Part shown: in pieces, positions 26,485-40,200 of the stretch
Position numbering within the stretch: position 1 is the first letter of the stretch
Layout: the number at the start of each line of letters is the position of its first letter
Source of the DNA: Kudoa neothunni
Lineage: Eukaryota > Animalia > Cnidaria
Length of the DNA stretch: 64,000 nucleotides
NCBI GenBank assembly: GCA_964304625.1
Contig: OZ199838.1
Span: 6,931,731-6,995,730, forward strand
Reading direction: 5' to 3'
Made by a program: the position numbers and the translations under genes
Notes under the pieces: model-generated
Databases searched by the model: none
What the model was told of the DNA's origin: nothing
Seen by the model: only the letters and a program-made list of their open reading frames with translations

Positions 26485-29137
26485 GATAGTGTCTCCTGCC
26501 ACAACATTGGTGCATGAGCGGACAATTAAAGGATTATTTTTATTCCTTTTCATTTTTGCGCGTTATGCTGCGAATAATGAAACAAAAATCACTAATACCA
26601 AAACAATATATTTTTTCATATACGTTGAGTATACCAGTTTGTAATTATAGTTAATAAATTGTGAATTGGTAATATTACCACCTCAGACGATTTTATACTA
26701 TTATTCTTGTAAAATTAAAAGTTTGGAGGAGTCTAATAAGTTTTTAAATCTGCTCGAAACATCTATTTGTAATGACTAAAGTTGCGCGAACAAAAACATT
26801 AATATCGTATTGTTGTGTCTTTTAAGTGGTTGTTCTCTCTGCGCATTGAACCGTTACACTATTTAATAAATATTCTTTCAAAAATTCACGTGAGTTCTTA
26901 ACTAATTAAATGCATTGGTATGGCGGAAAACACACATAGATCGCTTTCACAGTCGATTTTACTCATATTTTTAAATGAAACAATGTCCCGATGACTTTAG
27001 TAAAATATTAATTAGAGAAAAGTTGTATTTAAAAAAAAATTAGAGTTCTAGATTTAAATACAGAGTGGACAAGAGTGTCAAACTAAGGAATGATATCACA
27101 CAGGATGAAAACAAATCGTTAATTTTACAGATATATTAAATATAACTGTTCCCATGGAGATAAAAACTCTAGAAGCAAATATTTAAAAGATTTCCAATCA
27201 TCATTGATGAAAGGTTGTCCAGCATTCATTGCCATATCTTTTCGGGATGAGTCACATAGTGTACTTAAATATGACATCACCCATAATCATCCTTAGTACG
27301 ATGTAAGTTATTACAAACACAATCAAAATGTGTCTCATGAACTAAAACAAATTTTGTCACATTGTCTCATTTTGGGTACAGAAAATAAACGAGTGAAAGA
27401 AAATCTTGAATCCTATTCCAATACTCCGTTTAGTTTGGAAAAAACACGAAATTTAAAGCATCGTACGAGGAAGGAATCCTAGGATTCGTTTGGTGCGGAT
27501 AATCTTACCAAAAAATACAATAATGAATTATTGCTTGATGTCTATAAAAATAAAAATTCACACGAATTAAACGTTTTAAGTTTCAGTACCCAAAATATGA
27601 AAAAATTATATGTTGGTTATGGTGAAGTTTTACATACTGATGCCACCTACAACGTTATAGAACGAGATACCCATTATACCATTTCATTATTATTGATTCG
27701 TACGGACGTACACGTCCTGTTTTTTTCGCCTTTGTAAAGACGAATCCCAAGACTCCATTGATACAGTTATGTCTTCGTTTTGTATACTAATGAATGAAGT
27801 GACCATCAAAGAAGTGGTTTTGGTTGATAAGGATTCCACAGAAATGAACTCGACAAAGAAATTCCTACCCAATTAATGCCAGAATATTATTGTGTTCCTA
27901 TCACGTTGAAAATTCAATGATTGCAAAAATTAAATCACCTGGATATAACCAACTTCCAAAAAAAAATTAAACTGCTTTCAAAAAAGATCATTTATTGCAA
28001 AACTTGGGGTGAATTTCTGTTACGCGCAAGAAATGAAGGAAATAAGTGATTCTTATTTCTCGTATCTGGTTAAATGCTGGTTGAAAAATCCGGAGATATC
28101 GGCCCAATGTTTGAGGAAAACGCATTAACTTTTTGTTCCAACACAAATAATAGAGTCAAACAGGCCCATGATAAACTAAAAAATTTCTTATCAAAATCTT
28201 CCTCGTTGCCGGTCCAAATTTATGAGATACTGCGGTATGTACGCATATTAGAACGTGAATTTACCGTCAAACAAAAACAACTATTCATGTAAACTTTAAA
28301 AATATCATATGATCCAATGTGTAATAAACTTTTAAGTTGTTGCTCGTCATATGGCATGGGAAAAATTATGGATAATTATAAATCTGAGGAGTTTATCATA
28401 AGTGTCCACTCAAATCCAATTACTTTGTCCATCTGTTGTCTAACTCTGCTATGGTTACTAAAACTAACGGATCATTGATTTGTGACTGTCTCTTTTTCTA
28501 TAAACATAAACTATCGTGTGCTTATCTATTAAATTCGATCAAAATACGTGTGCATAAAAATTGATTCACTTATTATTCCACGATGGGCTATTACAAATTT
28601 CCCTCTCAAAACTTCGTTGGACTCCTTTTCAAAACAAGACACTGATACAATGAAAGTTACTTCATCTGATTCAATTATGAATGCTGAAGAACTGAATGAA
28701 TCGCTTCCTGCTCGTAAGGAATGTGAGACAACAGAAAAAATAACTTTAAAAATAATAAAGAACTGGCGGAAAAACTGTTACATACATTAAATGCACATGG
28801 TGGTAATGAGTATTTCAGTTTCTTCAAAGATGTTACCTCATTATTGGAAAAATATGAAAGAAACAGAACGTATTTTTATGAAAATGCCGCTGAAGACATT
28901 GGGGGATCGTCCCATTTTATCGTTAATGAAATTAAAACAAAAGGTGGACGGTAGACCCATGGAAAAAACAAATTACGTGAAATTTAAAGAATAATTTTAT
29001 TAATGATTAATTCCGTATGAACAAATATATTGTTTCGGTATTAATGATTTTCGTTTTATTATTCGCGGTACAACGCGTAAAATGAAAGAAATAACAATAT
29101 TCCGCGAATGCACCAATGTGTAGCAGGAGACACTATC
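26485..29137 (+). mobile_element. MULE with decayed transposase
   Basis: About 100-bp imperfect TIRs GATAGTGTCTCCTGC...ACATTGGTGCAT and ATGCACCAATGTGTAGCAGGAGACACTATC. Remnants MKGCPAFI, YGEVLHTDATYNV, NTNNRVKQAHDKLK and SWIM-like CDCLFFYKHKLSC. No clear TSD. Confidence 0.8.
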
Positions 29138-29244
29138 ATTATTTTAAGGTAAATCCAAGCATTTTGCAATGGAATTTGTTGCAATGTAAGTGGTCAATTC
29201 TAATAAAACATTCTGAAATGGCAATCTTCAAATATTTGTTGATA

Positions 29245-30457
29245 CCGGGGTTTTCATCCAAAACCGGACGGCTCATTTGTTTAGCAAATAAAAGCGTGAC
29301 AATTAATATAATTAAAATAGCATAATGCCAAGAGAGGATGTATCGAACGATTTAAGAATGTGGGCCATCATGCCTGTACTTGATGAGAGAAAACCTCTTT
29401 CTTTAGTATCGCGCGATTTAGGTATACCTAAATCAACTCTAAGTGATATGATAAAATGGAAACAACTCCATAAAACATACGAAAAGAGTGTGAGAGATGG
29501 TTCACGACGTGAAAAAATTACAAATGAAATAAAAACCCATTTTCTTCAGCGGATCAACGACGATTGTACGAATACCTTACAACGTATGATCGAACGCCTT
29601 AGTTTGGACGTGTGCCAAACAACTACACGGAGATGACTCAAAAAATGGGTATCACATTCAAAATGACAAGGCAAATACCCCAAAGTTGTAATTCTCTTGA
29701 CGTAAAGCACAAAAAAAGGAATGACGCCAATTCGTATACCAGTCTTCCAATAAATGTGTGGTATGAAAAACTGATATTTATTGATGAAAGTTCGTTCTCG
29801 TTTCATTTGCTACGTCCACATGAGCGCTCTCTTATGCGAACAACTCCTAACCCTGTAGTGATTAACAGCAGGGGCCCTAAGGTCGCAATTATCCTTGCGT
29901 TGAGTGCAATAAGTATAATCCACTGTGAAGCCATTACTGGGGGCGTAAATTGTGAAATGTTCCAAACATTTCTAAAAAAAGTAAACGACGTGTTGGACAA
30001 TGGGGATTTCACTATTTTTATGGATAACGTCCGATTCCATCATTCCAACATGAAATTCTACGATGATCACCCATATGAGAATAGATACCTACCTCAATAT
30101 TCTCCATTTTTAAACTCATGCGAGGACGTATTCTCCCAAATAAAAAACAACACCAATAAGGATGGTCCAATTCGAGGTAATAACGACCTAATCGAAAGGA
30201 TGGTAGCTTCCATCAAATCTGTGACTGAAGATAATGTAAAAAATTATTTTCAATATAGCCAGACTTTTCTCAGTTATTGCCACATCTTACAGGACGTTCC
30301 CAGAGATTAATCTAATTGATCATATATATATCTATTTTATTATACTAATGCCTCTTTTTTATATGAAATGCAGCATAGAATTTTGAATTATGGGCGAATT
30401 TAGTAAATTCTTTCAGTTTTAATCATCACGTTGTACGAGTTTGGATGAAAAACCCGG
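29245..30457 (+). mobile_element. Tc1/IS630-like transposon, near full length, one frameshift
   Basis: TA|CCGGGGTTTTCATCCAAA ... TTTGGATGAAAAACCCGG|TA. HTH ORF at 29325-29636 (VSRDLGIPKSTLSD) and DDE ORF at 29612-30310 (FIDES, MDNVRFH, YLPQYSPFLNSCE). Confidence 0.92.
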
Positions 30458-31715
30458 TAATAAATTGTCTACGTGTATTAAATTACTCAAAAAAAGATGA
30501 TTTTTTCAGAGTGATGATTAGATAGATAGGTTGTGATTAGGGGAGGATATTTCGTGCCCAGTCTTTAGTTGGAATTTCAATTATGCATACAACCTTGTTG
30601 CGACGCGAGAAACACGATAACAATCAACAGGACAGTTTCATTATCCGTACGCGCTACTAGTTATCATAAAGGGGATTACATCCGCGACAAACCTATTGCG
30701 ATGAATCTTTGGTGTATGCTATAAAACTGTTTATAATTCTATTTCTAGATAATCTGAAGAATTTTCCCCCAATAAAAATATTTACAAATTTAACCTTAAA
30801 TTATCTCGCGTTTATTCGCTTCTGTGATTAAATACTTTTCTTGTTTGAATAGCTTATTCAAAACTATATGTACTCTTATTACTTAGAAGACGACGGCAAA
30901 CAAATGTTACAAGTGTATGGCTATTGGATCGTAACATTGTAGGTCAGGAGTTTGATTGCTAGCCCGGCAAAATCTTTAATACTACCGTTCTTGGCTTTGC
31001 TATTTCATAATGGTAGCTTTGCTTAGAGTGTAAGCTCACTAGTGTGCGTGAGTGTGATGCACCTACATCAATAGTTAGACTTAACGAGGAATGTAAAAAT
31101 AAATATTTGAATTGTTGACGACGTATCAAATAATAAAATTTGGAGTTTCAAAGAGCCAACTTGCTTGAAGCTTGGTGAGGTATGATTTCGTCAAGATTGT
31201 GGATGTTCCGGTACCTTGATATTTAGTGGGTTAAACTCCTATAATACTCCAGAGAGAAGAATAAAGTTAGGAGACGACCTGACCAGCCAGAACTCCATAG
31301 ACTAATAAGACATGACACATTAGGGATTCTATCTTATTTAAAAAAACTTCCAATACCATTCGCAATAACCTAATAACAGTAGATGAAATTTTAATGCAAA
31401 CTGATGAGTCCAAACTGGCGATGAATATTTTCCGACATTAACAAGGCCTAAATTTTGTATTTTCTGAATTCAGGTTGCGAGTAAAAAATTAAAAATATTT
31501 TTAAATTAAATTTTTTGAATTTATTAGATTTTTTTTGGTATTTTACCGTGTCTAAATCCATAATTTCCCATTTAAAAACAGAGGTAATGATGCCAAGCAG
31601 CATGCTCAATAGTTAAATTTATTTATTTAGAAATTTTTTTAATATAGATTTAACTTTTAAAATATGAGACGGTCGACTAGAATTTATTTTACACGTACGA
31701 ACCGATTATATAAGG

Positions 31716-32767
31716 CAGGGCGACCAGACTTGCCTAGATCGGTAGCCAACTTTAAAGTTTCCCAAATTTTCAAGAGCCACAAGGCACTTAAATCATTTAT
31801 GTACCTCTTCCTTATTTGAAACGCACATTTTTGGAAACTTGTTGGCAAATAATATGATAAAATGTTGTAGAATCATAAATAAAGATTTTTTAATTTTTTC
31901 TTATTCGGTTAATCGCTGGAAAATTTACATATAATTTATACAGGTATAATTTATTATGGTATTTCCAAAAAAGCAAATTAGTAATTAACAATCCAAGGAA
32001 CTTTTTCTCTATGAACAGGGTCGCAAAAATTTAAGTATTTTTCACATATAATCATGTATGGCATATGGTAGTGTAGCAAAAAATAAAATAAAATATTCAC
32101 GAATTAAGTAACAACATAAGGATTTAATGCTTTCGGATCTTTTTTAGAAATTGTTTCTAATGTTTCAAATTTTTTATGTTTCCACATTATCAGTGAGCTG
32201 ACGGTGATCCGGCTCGTATGCTGTTAACGCCGTACAAATTAGTTCCGTCAGGCGTTTGTTTGCGAGGAAGGTATTGGCGATGTTTCAATTTTACAAATTT
32301 CATCGTTTAATAAATAGACTCACAACAATAAGTTGTTCCAAAGATAGAAACAAGTTTGAGACAAAATTTTTTTTCATTTTGAATATTTAGTTTTTCGAAC
32401 GTATTTCCACAGTCGCTTGGTGAGTTGGAATTATGAATCATGTTAAAGCTTTAATGGATGTTTTATTCTTCTGATATCTATCATTTTGATAATGGATAAA
32501 CATTAACTCTAATTGTATTTCCTAATAAAAATAATAATAATTCTAATTTGCATCAAATGTTAAAACTATTTGGTAGTTTTTAACTATGTTTTCTAATCAA
32601 AACTATTATTTAGTTTACGATTAAACATTTCATTTCTTCATTTGATTAAACAGTTTAAACTTTGTAATTTTCTGAATTAACGTTCTGGTTAAATTAAGGA
32701 AAAATTTAAATAAAAAATTTTTTCAAGAGCCACATGTGGCTCGCGAGCCATGATTTAGCCACCCCTG
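31716..32767. mobile_element. hAT-family non-autonomous element
   Basis: The right end CATGTGGCTCGCGAGCC...GCCACCCCTG is Charlie/Buster-like and the left end is CAGGGCGACC. The 8-bp TSD reads ATATAAGG/ATATAAGA. Confidence 0.75.
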
Positions 32768-33439
32768 ATATAAGATATTATGCAATTTACTTAAAATTTG
32801 AGGGGAAAAAATACCTCATATTAAATATTTGTGTTATATTGTTTAAGATAATTTTCCGCTATAATTTCTGTTAATTTGCAATCTATTATTTTTTGTAGTA
32901 TAAAATTTTATTTTAGATTGCTTTAGTTTTTTTAAGTTTATTAAACATCGAATGAAAAACTATAATTTTCCAATTCAACTTAAAACTAATTTAAAATAAT
33001 TGATTAATTACTATAAAGTCAATCTTAAAACAGCTATTTATATGTTAATTTAATTTATTCCAATTAACTGTATTATTTGAATGTTAAAAATAATTTGATC
33101 CAAAAAAATTGTTGTTCTCAAAAACTTCAGAGAGACCGATAATGAATAAAACTAGTGTGTTATAAAGAAGACGATTTTTAAATTACTACGCAGAAATCGA
33201 TCTATAGTAAATATTGGTCAATTAATTTATCAATTCTTAAATTTTAACTTAAATTAATTCCACGCGTTTTTAATTTTCCTAAGCGACCTAAAGTGAGTTG
33301 ATCCACTTAATTTTAATCGTTTTTTAAACGCTATCTACATATCTATCACAGAAGAATCTTCAGTAAAGTTGATATAATAAAAGTAAACAATAGACGCATG
33401 CGCGGACAAAAACTGGTTTAAAATCGGTAGAGAGTCAAC

Positions 33440-33814
33440 ATGTGGAGTAGAAACGTGCAGTCCTTTTTTAGGATTACACGCAATGACTTCAAAAAAATTT
33501 ATCTACCAGATTTGTCGAGAAAATGTTCATCAAATATTGCAACCCTAAAAATAAAAGAGATCCTTCGAGTGACACATGCCAATTGGCAAGCATATCTGAA
33601 TTTCGAAAGAGGTTGTGATATGAATTTAGAAAAAATGAAAAAGCTAGTAAAAAACAAAACAAACTACATTTGAACTAAAAAAGTACTATAGGAAGAATTA
33701 GATGAGCAACTTTTTCTTTTATTGGCTAAATATGATGTAAAGGAAAGTGATATAGCATTTGTTAGAAGCAACGCCACATACACCACAGGTGGAAAATTTT
33801 ATTTCGACAAATAA
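33440..33814 (+). CDS. Small two-exon protein (about 109 aa) of unknown function, possibly mitochondrial
   Basis: ORF MWSRNVQSFFRITR... plus a 45-nt GT-AG intron (GTAAAAAAC...CTATAG) continues in frame as EELDEQLFLLLAKY...FYFDK*. An ACGCATGCGC motif lies about 37 bp upstream. Confidence 0.6.
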
Positions 33815-34250
33815 TAAAAAATTTTTTTAAAGGGATAATTTTATCTAAAATATGTAAACCCACAACACAATCAATTTCCTCGTTAATGAAAGAGTTTTCA
33901 TCAACATTTTTTGATGAGTAGATTCCGAATTTCACTTGTAATTGATCTTATATTCTATGTATTTAAATAGCTCGTTGAGAGAGACACTCAAAATAGGAGA
34001 GGGTGAGTATGAAGATGTGTGTCAAGTATTTTCGTGTTTATGGAATAGTCGCTAAAGTTGTTCATAGATTTTGAAAGAAATGCGCGATAATAATACAATA
34101 CAAGAGTGTACAACTGTGCTGGATAACTACCCCGTAATAAAACAGCTATCCTACAAGGGATACAGTCTGCTATCAAAAATTCATGCCAATTTATAGTTTA
34201 AAAGTTTACAATATCTATTTTTTGATAAAATATATTTATTGTACATGTAA

Positions 34251-37200
34251 TTAAAGTGTTGAACATTTGCAAACATCTTCAAAAGGGACGTCATCGATTA
34301 GTTGACCTTTAAAAATAGACTAAATTTGGTAGTAGATAAATTTCGAGTTGAGCCAATCTTAGTTACTGATATAAGTTCGATGCGAACTGTAAAAGATTTT
34401 GTATTCACTTCCAACAGTTTACCATATTCGTCACGATATTCTCCATTAACGATTCTCAAGGGTTTTCCTACAGAAATTATATCAGTTGTTTGAATAGTTT
34501 TTTATTACCGATAGCGGGAATAACTGTCTCCAAATGAGTCTGATCTAATTTCATTTTCATATTGGGATCATCCAACAATTGTACAACGGCTGTATATCTA
34601 TCAATAACATCCTATTTGTTATTGGTTATTAATATTTCAAAATGTGAGACATTTCGTACATTTATAACTGCTTTTTTTCGATAAAACTCTCTGCCGAGTG
34701 ATTCGGTTATAATTTTGACAATTAAATTCTAAGAATAGAAATTTAACTAAGTGTTCGAATAAAAAATTATAGATTATTTTAGAAAAATTTACAAGAATAA
34801 AATCATGATTTTGGAGACTAATAGTTATTTAAAAAAATTACTGGCACAATCCAATGGTTCATTCGTTTTCTTTTGCCAACAAATTTATCCTAATGGAACA
34901 TAGAGAACCTAAAACAAAAATTGAATTATTCGATACTAATATTAATGTTTCAAGGTTGGATTTATTTTTTCTAAATGTAATATTTTAATGAGAAACCACT
35001 TTTATGCATTGTTACTTATCTTCATGTGGAACAATGGCAGATTGTTTCACATTGTTATCATCATTATCATCGATTTCTTTCGGTTTATTGTTTAATACGT
35101 TTGTTCTAAATAAAATAAGTATCTAACATCTGTTGTATACCAACGGAGTATTGTAAGAAAATAAAATCAATAAAATTAATAATGAAGAAATATAATTACT
35201 CGCCATTTTCTTTCATTTTTAAATTGAATTTTACTAAAAATATAAGTTGAGTTTAATAATATTAGATATAACTGACTTGTTCCATCTGACGATTTTCTAT
35301 TGAACTCGGAAAACGTCTGGATCTAACCAAAATAAAATAAATTACCCCGATGATTTTAAATACTTTTTCGACACGATTATGTAAATTTCTTTCAATTTGT
35401 TGAGCTAAAAACTTTTCTAGAGAATTGTACCGTATTTAACACCAAACAATGTTCACACTTATATTTACCCATTCTTTCTTGATCATCTTGATCCAGTTTT
35501 TCTCTAGATTTCAATGCCTAAGTTGACGAGAAATAATAATAACTTTTTAAACCAATCAAATTACATGCTGTCTACGTAGAGTTTCAGGATCCTTATCGAT
35601 ATAGGTTATAAACCAACCTTTAGGGGTTTCTTCAATTTCGCAATGTTCACGAGCGCCCAGCCATCTTACAAAACCTCCCAAAGACAACCACTACGGCAAA
35701 TAGTAAATAAAAAAGTTAGCGATGATTTGAGCACTTTTGTTCCATTCATATGCACATGTTCGCGATCTCGAATATACTCTTGATAGACTCTGTTGGCATT
35801 GACTCTCGCGGTTCCAAATTGATTTTTCAACACTCGCATAAAACCACCAAAGAACTCGCTAAAGTTAAATGATTTAATAATACACATTAAAATATATTAG
35901 CGACTTATTTAATTCTTTTTAAATGATAAAATATTTCTTATATTAAAAAAATCAAACATTGGTTTTAATTTGATTATATTTGATGTAAGAATATAAAAAT
36001 CATTAAATATTAAAGAAAAAACTACCTCCCATCCCTTAATATAAGTTATTTATAAAGAAATTAATTAAAAATAGAATAAAAAACTTAAAAATTCGATTAA
36101 ACGTCCAACAGATATTAATTTTATTATTCTAAACTTTTTATCAGTTCTGTTACGACAATTCCCATTTTAAATATGTTTTATGATTATATTTTATTTTACA
36201 TTTTCTTGTGTTATTAGTCAGCCCAATACAAACAACCCTACAATATAGAATTTTTTGTTGTATACAATAGAAGCTATTATAGAGCAGTTCTTAGATAGTT
36301 TTGTTCAACTGGTTATTTTCCATTATGCAACAAATTGTACGACGATTAGAAGGCATTCTTATCTAAGCTGACAGAATAATATCCGTTGTTTTTCTACACT
36401 TCAAATACATCTCCACACTTGGCTACAATTTATGACTTTTGTGTTAGAAGTGAATTTAAACGCTTGTAGAAATTTTTCGCATAATTCTCAATAATTCATG
36501 AACATAAGCTTTATCGAAACTAAATAGCTTTGATACTTCAACATTCACCGTGGTAATATAAATTGAGTGTGATTGTGCCATATACGTTTGCAAATATGCA
36601 TTTGAAATTTAGATCATTTTCTTCCATTAAAACCCATGAATAATGCATAAAACCGATAGTAAAGCTAAATACTCATGCATATAAATTTTTAGTTCAAAAA
36701 TATATGTCCAGAAATTTTGAAAAAATTCATACTCTAAAATATATAGCGCCTGAATATAATCTATCACGGCATTAAATTTGAGTCCAAATTATTTTTATCA
36801 ATGAAAAAATAAATACATGATTAAATACGTTCGTAAATCCAGTAAAGTTTTAAACAAAAATAATTATTTAATGATAATTAAGTATATTTTACCACTGATA
36901 ATTATATATAAAAGCAGTTTTACGGGTGTATCTCGTAAAGAATTGAAGTTTATCTCTGATTATTTTATTCCGCCTGGGTACACCGAAACCGAAGATCATT
37001 CAAGTAAACTAGGGTACATTTAGAGTCCAATTTTTATTCTTTATTTTATTTTATTTAAAATAATAATAATTTCTATTTATTCTAAGCCTTTTATTGGAAA
37101 AATTAAATGCTTTCACACCAGTACATAAATATTGTGCACATACGCACAAGAAAGAAAAGGAAGCGACTACAGTCGGACCTGGATATAGTGAGGTTTTGAT

Positions 37201-40200
37201 TTCAACGTTTATTTTAAGACATAAGGAATGGTTTAAATTCTTTTTCTGTATTAAACGGTAATAATAACTTAAACTAAAGGATTTGTTAGAACAAATTTTT
37301 TTTTCCAACTATGCAATACCTTGTTATAGCGAGGTTCCTTCATATTGCGAGGTTTTTACGAAGTTGGTGACTGGTTATAGCGGGGTTTCTGGATGGTTAG
37401 AAAGCAACTAACTATGGTTTAAACTAATTATTATAGAATTTTCTAGATCAAAGAAAGGGATTACAGGAATAGAGGCTGAAAAAAATAAATAATTTAATCT
37501 ACATGGTAAGGTAGCTACGTCAGTTTTAATTTTCGTGTGAGAATTTTTATGTCAATCATCCTTGGGCACGACCCTGTAAAATGAGCACAGTATTCTTAAT
37601 TCCGATATTTCTGACAGTGGTAAAAGATTGTCACCTGGAAAATTTATCCTGCTTCTCGCAAATAAAATTTTTATTCTTCCCAAGGAAAACTGCGAGCTGT
37701 GTGCAGCCAATGGATGTTGGAATAATATATTATTCAAAATACCATTATCAAAGTACCCTTTTTCGGGACATTCTAGTACATGAAGAGAGCTTCGAATCAA
37801 AATTTACATTATTAGATCATGTTAGAACCCCTGAAAAATCTTGGGATAAGGTTTATTCCTTAACCATCATTAATAGCTTATAAAGTCAAAAATATTTAAC
37901 AAAGATATTCATGCTATTTAAAATTTTACTTGAAATCACTTATAACAAAAACCCCATTTTGAACATATTGCGCAGGATAAAGGTAACATACAAGGAATAT
38001 CGTGTATTTAATTTAAAATTTGGTTGAAAACGATATCTTTGAGATAAATATACTCGAACATATCATTTTAATATGATTAGGAAGAATGTTTAGCGTTGTA
38101 TGAAAAAGTGTATCTAGCAATGAAGAAGAAATAACTAAAGCAGTGACTATTAGTGACATTGAGATTAAACTTAATGCATGGAGAATAGGATTTATGCAAA
38201 ACGATCCAGCAGGTCTATTTTGTTTACATCCAGTAATGGACTAAAGCTCTCATTTGGTAATAAAACGTTTTACTAAAACATACATTACAAATAATTTAAA
38301 AATGATAAAAATTAATATATATTTCTCGTCATAATTTATTATTTTTATGTAGTTTAATTACAAGGTTTATCTAATACACATAATTTGTCCATCTGAGTTA
38401 ATACTTAGAAGAATAAATTTTGAGAAAGTACGTCATTTTTTGATGGAAACGATTAAAACCTATATAAAATGATATAGCTTTACACTAAAACCATCTATAA
38501 AAGTGGACATTAATATATTTTGCATAAAATTAATTCTTGTCAATAGAAATTAAATTTTTTAATATTTTTTCATCCCAAAGTATAAAAATTTTTAAACATC
38601 CTTTAAAAACTTGTCTAAAATTGGAAACATCCTTTTAAAGGTTATCCAAAATGAATGGAAAAACTGTTATACCTTCAAAGAGAATAGATCATATTTGGGG
38701 TTTAAAAGTATATTTTTATGTTCGTAGATGAAAATTTATTTTAAAAAAGAACTATTAATTTTACAACTAAACGATTTAAACCAAGAATATTGATATTTTA
38801 GGTTTACTACAGGAGATGTTAATGGTTACAATTAATTTAGATAGGTTGTCCATTATTTCGTTTAGACAAACTGTTCGTGTATATATCTCAAAATACTGAA
38901 GCGTTATTCGGTTTAATAAAAAAATGAATTTGTTTTTTTATCAGAAAACAAATAAACGAATGAAACACAACTTTCTCAACTACCGAGTATGTGCGTACAT
39001 GTAATGACGAGGTTTTTCTTCGGCCCCATAAAACCTCGCTCTATCCAGATTCGACTGTATTTGTATGGTAAATAATATTCATATGACACTAGTTTTGCCT
39101 GTATTTAATTTGGTATTCAACTTGTGAGTAAGAGTTGTTGAGACTAAAATTTGACGCCACGCAAGCGCGCGAGATGTTTGGGATTTAAATTAACCGTGCC
39201 AATAAACCCTGCAAACCTCATTACCGCTGATTATCATTATTCATAGAAATTCAGACGGGCTGTTTAAAATTATTTTACATAAAATTTTCTAAACACAACC
39301 AACATTCAACCTAAGTACAGGCAGGGCTTGGGGTTATCATGGTCACCCTGGGTTCTTGGAGTTTTTTTATATTTTTAAAAAAATACTGGGTTTTTATTGA
39401 AATCCCATAAACATTGAAAAATAGCATTTTTTTTATGCGCGGTCTTAATATTTATATTTTTAATAACGTATCCTATTCAGATTTTATCATGCAGGGTTTA
39501 AACATATAGGATATTTAACGACAGTACATTAGATTGTTTAACGTGACACGATTACATAATTATTCATTAAACATTGTCGCACATTATTAGAAACTTTGAA
39601 TCTTATTTCAAAATGTATCTTGAACTATGAAGTGATTAATTGTGAGTATATTGGTCTACACTAGACATTAAACATGAGTGAGTGTTCGCGCCAAAAATTG
39701 CAATAATACGACGATAAATTTAAATTTAATATCTGAAGATGCACTCATAGAATTGGAAGAAGATTAAAAATTTTAATAGATACGATTTTACTTGTTGTTG
39801 TGCCTTAAACTAGAGATTTTTAACCGTCCATCCTTGGGTTTTTCTTAAACCTCGCTGGCTGCTCTGAGTACAAGTACTTTAAGTATACATTGGTTTCAAA
39901 GTCGAAAGGGTTAAAGTCCTCAAAATTTTGACAAAGTATAATTTAAATAAACAAATAGATTATATTACATATAAATATAAGAAATCATATGGGTATAATA
40001 CGAATAAATAAAATGTACTATAGCATTGTAGCCTAACTTAAACTACGCGCGAATTTAATTCGCCAAATTTTATTTATTTTACTGATTAACTTTATACAAT
40101 TGAAAAGAGAGTTTAAAAGATACCTGTATGAAAAATTACCTCCAAATTGTACGCCAAAGAAAAATTGACCAAAACAATATGGGAATAATTGTAAAGTTCT

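Noticed and set aside
31400-31440. Hammerhead-like CTGATGAGTCCAAACTGGCGA (also CTGATGAGTC on the minus strand near 11851-11860)
   Set aside because: The conserved GAAA and stems I/III are missing, so it is at best a dead relic.
32198-32251. Hairpin CTGACGG/CCGTCAG inside the hAT element
   Set aside because: It is a single stem within a transposon relic, with too little support for an RNA gene.
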